This document shows positions 38,344 to 44,481 of a stretch of 44,481 nucleotides of DNA, in pieces (position 1 is the first letter of the stretch; every line of letters begins with the position of its first letter). The notes below the pieces were generated by a model. The model was given only the letters and a program-made list of their open reading frames with translations, searched no databases and had not been told where the DNA came from. The translations under genes and the position numbers were made by a program. The DNA comes from Marine Group I thaumarchaeote (GTDB lineage: Archaea > Thermoproteota > Nitrososphaeria > Nitrososphaerales > Nitrosopumilaceae): positions 914,810 to 959,290 of the forward strand of contig CP054849.1 in assembly GCA_044358425.1 (NCBI GenBank), in the 5' to 3' direction.

Positions 38344-38997
38344 ATGATAATTAATCTAAATCTAGAAGGTAAAAAAATCATTATAGTAGGCGGAGGAAAC
38401 GAAGCAGAAAAAAGAATTAAATCAATATTAAATGAAAAATGTGAAATTTTAGTAATTAGTGATTCAATAAACAAACAAATTAAAAATTGGGTTAAAATAA
38501 AAAAAATTAAATTAAAAAAACAGAAAATTGAAAATTTAAAATTTATTACAGAATTAAAACCAGATTTAATAATTACAACCACAAATGATAAAAAAATTAA
38601 TCAAAAGATAATCACATCTGCAAAAAAGAGAAAAATCATAGCATATAGTTCAGACAATCCAGATGACAGTGATTTTTCAAATGCAGCAATAATAGATTTT
38701 GAAAAAATAATACAAATTGCAATTTTTACTGGCGGTAAAAGTCCAGCAATGTCCAAAAAGATTAAATCAAAATCTGAAAAAGCACTAAAAAAAGTAATTT
38801 TGAAAGAAGATATTGATCAAATTAAGATTCAAAAAATATCACGAAAACTTGCCAAAGAGATCATTCCCACTCAATTCGAACGAAAACAGTGCTTGAATAA
38901 CATCATGAATGACAACCATATTGATCAGTTAATAAAAGACGGTCAGGTAAAAAAGGCAGAAAAGCGAGCAATAGAGATAATTAAAAAATGGAAATGA
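38344..38997 (+). CDS. sirC: Precorrin-2 dehydrogenase / siroheme synthase N-terminal type
   Basis: IIVGGG.EA, DNPDDSDF, IAIFTGGKSP. Confidence 0.85.
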   Translation: MIINLNLEGKKIIIVGGGNEAEKRIKSILNEKCEILVISDSINKQIKNWVKIKKIKLKKQKIENLKFITELKPDLIITTTNDKKINQKIITSAKKRKIIAYSSDNPDDSDFSNAAIIDFEKIIQIAIFTGGKSPAMSKKIKSKSEKALKKVILKEDIDQIKIQKISRKLAKEIIPTQFERKQCLNNIMNDNHIDQLIKDGQVKKAEKRAIEIIKKWK

Positions 38998-40259
38998 ATC
39001 AAAATATCATCAATGCACGTGTAACATTTCGTAATTCACCAATCCATATTTTAGAAAAATTTACAATAAAAGACATAGATAATGCATATCAACAATTTAA
39101 GAAACATTCAGAATTGGATGAATGTGTAATTATTCAAACGTGTAACAGAATCGAATTATTTGGTAAATCAAAAACGGATAATGTAGATAAGATCAAAAAA
39201 ACATGGGCAAGTATTGCAGGATTAGACGAAGAAACATTTGAAGAAAATATAGAATTTGTAGAGAATCATGATGCTCTTCATCATCTGTTAAAACTAACAT
39301 CAGGCTTAGATTCAATGGTATTAGGCGAAGAGCAAATTTTAGGCCAAATAAAAAATTCAATTACATCTGCAAGAGAATCAAAAGCATCTGGTCAACATCT
39401 AAACACATTATTTGACAAAGCAATCAGAATGGGAACAAGGATTAGAAACTCTAGTGGAATTGGAAAAGGCGGAATATCAGTTGGTTCAATGGCAGTAAAA
39501 CTTGCAGAGGAAAATATTGATGAATTAAAAACAAAAGAGATCTTATTAATTGGAACAGGAGAAGTTTCCACTCTTGTTGCAAAATCATTACAAAGAAGAG
39601 GGTATGCGTTTAAAGTTACAAGTAGAACAATAGGTAGGTCAGAAACATTTTGTGAAACTATGGGAGGCAATCCAATTAAATTTGAAGAAATACTTTCAGG
39701 ATTTGACAAATATGATATAATATTTGTTGCAACAACAGCACCATATTTTCTTGTCACTCAAGATAGAATTACAAATGCAATGAAAAATAAAAGTAATGGA
39801 ATGATGATATTAGATTTATCAAATCCAAGAACAGTTGATGAAAAAGTAGCTACCATCAAAGGAGTCAAATTAATGAATTTAGATCAAATTGCAGAAATGG
39901 TCGAAAAGAACATGAATGCTAGATTAAACAAGGTGAAAACCGTTGAAAATATAATTAGAGAAGAAATCTCAGTATTAGAGGCTTCAATGAAAAGACTAGC
40001 TGCAGAACCACTTGTAACAGATGTATTCAAAAGCATAGAGAATCTCAGAGAAAAGGAATTACAAAAAGCATTGCAAATGTTAGATGAAAAAGATGAGAAG
40101 AAAGTCAAAATTATCGAGGAATTAACAAAAGCAGTGGTAGAAAGCATAGTATCAACTCCAATGAACAACATCAGAAAAGCATCAGAACAAGGCCAGCCAG
40201 ATGTATTAGAATTAGCAACTAGACTTTTTGACTATAAAAAACAAAATCAGGCTGACTAG
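38988..40259 (+). CDS. hemA: Glutamyl-tRNA reductase
   Basis: TCNRIE, SGLDSMVLGEEQILGQ, DLSNPR. Confidence 0.96.
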   Translation: MEMNQNIINARVTFRNSPIHILEKFTIKDIDNAYQQFKKHSELDECVIIQTCNRIELFGKSKTDNVDKIKKTWASIAGLDEETFEENIEFVENHDALHHLLKLTSGLDSMVLGEEQILGQIKNSITSARESKASGQHLNTLFDKAIRMGTRIRNSSGIGKGGISVGSMAVKLAEENIDELKTKEILLIGTGEVSTLVAKSLQRRGYAFKVTSRTIGRSETFCETMGGNPIKFEEILSGFDKYDIIFVATTAPYFLVTQDRITNAMKNKSNGMMILDLSNPRTVDEKVATIKGVKLMNLDQIAEMVEKNMNARLNKVKTVENIIREEISVLEASMKRLAAEPLVTDVFKSIENLREKELQKALQMLDEKDEKKVKIIEELTKAVVESIVSTPMNNIRKASEQGQPDVLELATRLFDYKKQNQAD

Positions 40260-40289
40260 GATTATATTTTAGCCAGAATAAATTCAGAT

Positions 40290-41270
40290 ATGTCATTTCC
40301 AACTAAACGTCTTAGAAGATTAAGAATTTCAGAAAAAATGAGAGAGTTAGTTCAAGAAACAACATTAACTCCAAAAGATTTCATTTGTCCAGTATTTGTT
40401 CAAGAAGATCTTAAAACTAGAATCAAAGTAGAATCAATGTCAGAAATTGAGAGATTACCATTAGAAGAAGTAAATCAAGAAGTTAAAGAAATTATAGATT
40501 TAGGAATTCCAGCAATAATGTTATTTGGAATTCCTACACAAAAAGATGAAGCAGGCAGTTCAGCTTTTGATGATGAAGGAATTGTTCAAAAAGCAATTAC
40601 ACAAATTAGAAAAGAATTTGGAGATAAAATAGTAATTATGGCAGATGTCTGTTTGTGTCAATTTACATCTACAGGTCATTGTGGAATTATTCAAGGAGAT
40701 AAAATAGATAACGATACCAGTTTAGATACACTTGCAAAAATTGCTGTTAGTCAAGCTAAAGCAGGAGTAGATACAGTTTCACCATCAGCAATGATGGACG
40801 GTCAAGTTGCTGCAATCAGAAAAGCATTAGATGAAAAAGGATTTACAGATGTATCCATAATGTCACATTCAGCAAAACATCGTTCAAACTTTTATTCACC
40901 TTTTAGAGATGCTGCAGAATGTGCACCAAAATTTGGAGATAGAAAAACATACCAAGTTCCTTTTACAAATGCAAGGGAAGCAATGATGGAAGTAGAAACA
41001 GACATTGATGAAGGAGTAGACATGGTGATGATTAAACCAGCATTATCATATTTGGATTTAATTGCAGAAACTAGACGAAAGTACAATGTCCCAGTATCAG
41101 CTTATAGCGTATCGGGAGAATATGCATTGGTTAAAGCAGCATCACAATTAGGATATGTGAATGAAAAAGACATCACATTAGAAATTCTTCATTCCATTAA
41201 AAGAGCAGGAGCAGATATGATAGTCACATATTTTGCAAAATCAGCCTCAAGATTTCTTCAAGAATCATGA
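40290..41270 (+). CDS. hemB: Porphobilinogen synthase (Zn type)
   Basis: DVCLCQFTSTGHCG, PSAMMDG, FYSPFRDA, MIKPA, VSGEY. Confidence 0.97.
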   Translation: MSFPTKRLRRLRISEKMRELVQETTLTPKDFICPVFVQEDLKTRIKVESMSEIERLPLEEVNQEVKEIIDLGIPAIMLFGIPTQKDEAGSSAFDDEGIVQKAITQIRKEFGDKIVIMADVCLCQFTSTGHCGIIQGDKIDNDTSLDTLAKIAVSQAKAGVDTVSPSAMMDGQVAAIRKALDEKGFTDVSIMSHSAKHRSNFYSPFRDAAECAPKFGDRKTYQVPFTNAREAMMEVETDIDEGVDMVMIKPALSYLDLIAETRRKYNVPVSAYSVSGEYALVKAASQLGYVNEKDITLEILHSIKRAGADMIVTYFAKSASRFLQES

Positions 41271-41578
41271 GAAATGATGAACGTTTTGAAATAGAAAGGG
41301 CCTTTGATTTATTGCCACATGTTGTAGGGGCAAGTTGGACAGCAGTTTGGTTTAGAATGCAAGGAATAAGAAAACCAACAGTAGAAGAATTCAGGGAAAA
41401 AACTTTAGAATATCTAAAAATGATTGAACCAGTCTTTGAATCATTTCCAAAAAATGAAGAATTTGATGCAATCAACAAGTACATAGATTCTAGAAAAAAG
41501 CAAGAATATGAAAAAATTATTTCTGGAGAGAATAAGGAAATCGAAAAAAGATATGATAGATATGTCGATTATGGCTAA
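41267..41578 (+). CDS. Hypothetical protein coupled to hemB
   Basis: ATGA overlap with the hemB stop; 103 aa. Confidence 0.75.
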   Translation: MRNDERFEIERAFDLLPHVVGASWTAVWFRMQGIRKPTVEEFREKTLEYLKMIEPVFESFPKNEEFDAINKYIDSRKKQEYEKIISGENKEIEKRYDRYVDYG

Positions 41579-42195
41579 ATTTCACTTTTAAATTGTTTTA
41601 AAAATATTTTCAAGACCTTAGTTCTTTTTTTAGCTTCTATTTTACCAGATTTTGTATTCATCAAAGATTGTAATTTTAATAATTTATTAAAAAAATGATC
41701 AATGGCCCAGCGATTGTCATCAGGTTTTCGTCCATTACAAAAAGGATCATCAATTTTGTAAAAAGGTCTATTCAATGAACCACTAGTAGCAAAAACTCTT
41801 GCAATGCCTATTGCACCTAATGCATCAAGTCTATCAGCATCTTGCAATATTTTTCCCTCAATAGTTCTAGGAATTCTATTTTGAGAAAAACTATGATCTT
41901 CAATAGCATCACAAATTATAATAATTTCCTCATTTGAAAAATTATATTTTTTTAAAATAGATTTCGATTTTTTTGCACTTTCAACAGAAGAAAGTTTAGA
42001 TCGTTTACTTGATTTGGGATATGAAACTATATCATGTAGTAGTGCTGCAATAAGAACTAATTTTTGATTTGCCTTTTCTTTTTTTGTAATTTTTTCTGCA
42101 TTATGATAAACTCTCATTACGTGTTCAAAATCGTGTGCAGGATCATTATTCATTATTTTTATTACTTCTTTTTTTATAGAATCTAATTCTTTCAT
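41575..42195 (-). CDS. HD-domain phosphohydrolase
   Basis: AHDFEHVMRV, ALLHDI, QDADRLDALGAIG. Confidence 0.92.
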   Translation of the reverse strand: MKELDSIKKEVIKIMNNDPAHDFEHVMRVYHNAEKITKKEKANQKLVLIAALLHDIVSYPKSSKRSKLSSVESAKKSKSILKKYNFSNEEIIIICDAIEDHSFSQNRIPRTIEGKILQDADRLDALGAIGIARVFATSGSLNRPFYKIDDPFCNGRKPDDNRWAIDHFFNKLLKLQSLMNTKSGKIEAKKRTKVLKIFLKQFKSEI

Positions 42196-42813
42196 TTATA
42201 ATCTCCAAATTTTTGGTTTAACAAATTTTATTTTTCTTTGAGTAATCAATACAGTCCAATTAATGCATGCAAATAAAACAATTAGGCCAATTCCAACTCC
42301 ATCAATCAACAATATACCAGTAAGACGGTCCTCAAAGATTTCTAAAAAGGGTGTTAAAACAGCATTACCAAAATATATCATTATAATATAGGAAATAGTT
42401 CTACCAAACCAAAATCCAACATAAATTCCAACACTCTTTGCTCGCATTAATCCATAGGTAATGAATAAAATATTACTTGGAAGAGGTGTTGCTCCAAACA
42501 AAAATGATGCCAGTAAATATCCATATTTTTTCTTATTCAAATAATCTCCAATAATATCAAGATTTGATTTTTGTTCTTCACCAACAAATTTTCGAAACAA
42601 TCCACTTATTTTTTTTAAAAAAAACCTACCAATAGTAGCTCCAGTTGCACCAACTGCTGCAAGAAGTACAATATTCAAAGTAGGATCAAGGAGATAGAAA
42701 GATGTCAAAACAATCCAACTTGGAGGCATTAAAATCGGCGAAGCATTAACACCAATCAACACCAGGAAAATTCCAAAATATGAAAACTCTCCAAATAATT
42801 CAAAAATATCCAA
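42196..42813 (-). CDS. DedA/VTT-like membrane protein
   Basis: PILMPPSW, GATGATIG, TPLPSN; multiple TM segments. Confidence 0.7.
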   Translation of the reverse strand: MDIFELFGEFSYFGIFLVLIGVNASPILMPPSWIVLTSFYLLDPTLNIVLLAAVGATGATIGRFFLKKISGLFRKFVGEEQKSNLDIIGDYLNKKKYGYLLASFLFGATPLPSNILFITYGLMRAKSVGIYVGFWFGRTISYIIMIYFGNAVLTPFLEIFEDRLTGILLIDGVGIGLIVLFACINWTVLITQRKIKFVKPKIWRL

Positions 42814-42911
42814 TTTTCTTCAATAATTGTACACGTATTTTGTTTCTAAACCCTTGGATCCATATTTAGTCAGTAGATAATATGATAATTTTTAGAAATT
42901 ATCAAAAAATT

Positions 42912-42950
42912 TCATGTTTTTACAAACAATGATCATGTTTTACAACAAAT
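42912..42950. promoter_or_regulatory. Two tandem palindromic boxes upstream of TATA CTTATAAG (42971-42978)
   Basis: tcaTGTTT-ttac-AAACAat and tcaTGTT-ttac-AACAaat, about 21 bp apart. Confidence 0.5.
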
Positions 42951-42999
42951 AGGATCAATCATGCAATATCCTTATAAGCAATTTGTGGGTTTATTAGGT

Positions 43000-43122
43000 A
43001 TGTCAGATACTGTTTGGAAGTGCTATAGATGTAATCTTACTTTCAAAGATGATCAACTTGCAGAAATGCATAAAAGCATATCAAACCATTCAGTCAGCAA
43101 AACCAAAACAATTGTTGCATGA
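43000..43122 (+). CDS. 40-aa single C2H2 zinc-finger microprotein
   Basis: MSDTVWKCYRCNLTFKDDQLAEMHKSISNHSVSKTKTIVA*; W-x-C-x2-C-x3-F-x8-H-x5-H; TATA 22-29 nt upstream. Confidence 0.8.
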   Translation: MSDTVWKCYRCNLTFKDDQLAEMHKSISNHSVSKTKTIVA

Positions 43123-43148
43123 TTTTTGAAATTTTAGTATAATTATAG

Positions 43149-43251
43149 TGCAGAGGGTGGGATTTGAACCCACGAACTCCTAAGAGAAGGGATTTCCTAT
43201 ATTATAGAGATCTTGAGTCCCTCTCGGTTGACCGGGCTTCGATACCTCTGC
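43149..43251 (-). tRNA. tRNA-Leu(CAA) with an intron of about 18 nt (43194-43211 if at 37/38)
   Basis: Acceptor GCAGAGG/CCTCTGC-A, stem AGGGA/TCCCT, anticodon at 43215-43213, long variable arm, T arm GTGGG TTCAAAT CCCAC. Confidence 0.92.
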
Positions 43252-43360
43252 AACAATACTATATTTTTCCAATATTTCTCAATTACTATTTGATAAATTG
43301 ATCCATGATTTTAGAGATTTTTTAACAAAGCTTATAATCGAAAAGGTTATTGAAAATCAC

Positions 43361-43678
43361 ATGTCAGAATCAATACCAATTTCCGAAGCAAAAAAAATGC
43401 GAAGTGGAGTTAATGTTGAAGCCGAAGTTATTGGCAAAGGAGATCCAAGAACTGTGAACCTCAAATCAGGAAACGGAACAGTAGATGTCTGTGATGCAAC
43501 AATAGCCAACGGAGACGGAACTGAAGAAAATCAAATGAAACTTACATTGTGGGGTGACGACATTAAAGCAGTTAATGTCGGTGACAAAGTTGTCATTGAA
43601 AACGGATACACAAATGAGTTTAGAGGAGAAGTATCTTTAACCAAAGGAAAATTTGGCAAGATGACTGTAAATCCTTAG
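43361..43678 (+). CDS. ssb: Single OB-fold ssDNA-binding protein (crenarchaeal-type SSB)
   Basis: VNVEAEV..KGDPRTV, KLTLWG, GDKVVIENGY..EFRG; ATG 43361 preferred. Confidence 0.88.
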   Translation: MSESIPISEAKKMRSGVNVEAEVIGKGDPRTVNLKSGNGTVDVCDATIANGDGTEENQMKLTLWGDDIKAVNVGDKVVIENGYTNEFRGEVSLTKGKFGKMTVNP

Positions 43679-44280
43679 AAGTTTTTTTTATTTTCAAAAT
43701 TATTTTTTAAATCAATCAAGATCACTATAATCCCTATTATCATAGTAACAATTCCAACAATTAGCAATAGACCAGAAACAATTAGCGGAACAACCATTTC
43801 AGCAATAGGTGAATTAGGATTTGTAAAAGATTCAGAATTTTCAGGATCTTCGGCAAACATTATTACAAATTCTATATCAGTAGTACCGATATTTTCAATT
43901 TCAAAATTCAATGTATCAGATTGCTCAACAAAAATTGTTTCAAAATAAACTGAATCAGATTGAACATATTCACCATAAGAGTCACCAAAAATATTTGAGA
44001 TTGTTATAGATAATTTATCACCATTTTGATAATCCAGAATTTGGATACCCCAAAGTACAGGAACATCAGAAATGAAAGTACTAAAAGAAGTATAAACCAT
44101 ATTTCCAGGCATAATTTGAAAGGGTTCAGAGACATCATCAAACATCCCTTCAAAGAGAGAAGAGATCAATAAAGATTCAGATTGTGGAACTTCAGTAGGA
44201 ACTGCAGATACAGCTACAACTAAAGAAAGCATAATTAAAAATGAACCAGCAAATGAAATTAAAGGTCCTCGTTTATTCAT
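43675..44280 (-). CDS. Membrane protein with N- and C-terminal TM helices around an acidic beta-rich domain
   Basis: Hydrophobic termini; acidic middle region. Confidence 0.75.
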   Translation of the reverse strand: MNKRGPLISFAGSFLIMLSLVVAVSAVPTEVPQSESLLISSLFEGMFDDVSEPFQIMPGNMVYTSFSTFISDVPVLWGIQILDYQNGDKLSITISNIFGDSYGEYVQSDSVYFETIFVEQSDTLNFEIENIGTTDIEFVIMFAEDPENSESFTNPNSPIAEMVVPLIVSGLLLIVGIVTMIIGIIVILIDLKNNFENKKNF

Positions 44281-44334
44281 TTTAAAAATTAAATATCAGA
44301 AACATTGGTAACTCATTAAAAAATTGAAAAAGAC

Positions 44335-44481
44335 TTAACGACGTGTTTTCTTTGCAGGTTTTCTTTTAGCTGCTGTTTTCTTTGCAGGTTTTCTTTTAGC
44401 TGCTGTTTTCTTTGCAGGTTTTCTTTTAGCTGCTGTTTTCTTTTCAGGTTTTCTTTTAGCTGCTTTTTTCTTTGCAGGTTT
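44335..44481 (-). CDS. 3' end of a histone-H1-like Lys/Ala/Pro/Arg-rich protein (partial)
   Basis: ...KPAKKKAAKRKPEKKTAAKRKPAKKTAAKRKPAKKTAAKRKPAKKTRR*; TAA at 44337-44335. Confidence 0.8.
   Translation of the reverse strand, partial: KPAKKKAAKRKPEKKTAAKRKPAKKTAAKRKPAKKTAAKRKPAKKTRR
44344..44481. repeat. 30-bp tandem repeat, at least 4.6 copies, reaching the window edge
   Basis: Unit tgttttctttgcaggttttcttttagctgc with few substitutions. Confidence 0.95.

Noticed and set aside
986-41484. Numerous 60-180 aa ORFs antisense to recognised genes (e.g. 986..1534, 4613..5098, 19653..20066, 39392..39757)
   Set aside because: They lie within well-supported genes, have shadow-like composition and show no motifs.
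44344-44481. 30-bp repeat as a CRISPR array
   Set aside because: The units are directly adjacent with no spacers, the length is a multiple of 3, the frame is coding, and there are no cas genes.

Overview
AT-rich, densely coding chromosomal segment from a marine ammonia-oxidising archaeon (Nitrososphaerota/Thaumarchaeota, Nitrosopumilaceae-like; inferred from gene content and archaeal marker genes). It is mostly core genome. Metabolic genes: futalosine-pathway menaquinone genes (UbiD family, mqnC), a complete archaeal shikimate-to-tyrosine cluster, thiC/thiDN, sugar-nucleotide genes, apgM, sufC and a heme cluster (ChdC-like, fused AhbAB, SirC-like, hemA, hemB). Informational genes: S24e, S27ae, S8e, eIF5A, eIF1A, Dph6, SRP54, SRP19, Pus10, Gar1, TFB, ScpA/ScpB, SSB, and intron-containing tRNA-Tyr(GTA) and tRNA-Leu(CAA). 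I saw no CRISPR array, transposase, integrase or provirus. The strongest signals are missing from the ORF track: a box C/D guide sRNA (25855-25919, minus strand) whose D guide predicts 2'-O-methylation of wobble C34 in a CAU-anticodon tRNA, and three micro-ORFs (a C4 zinc finger, a C2H2 zinc finger, and a very basic 32-aa peptide after pus10). Also notable are a degenerate Pus10, a solitary ATP synthase subunit C gene with an operator-like palindrome, candidate operators at thiC and at the C2H2 gene, and a histone-H1-like (KPAKKTAAKR)n tail. All calls come from reading motifs by eye; no database searches were run.
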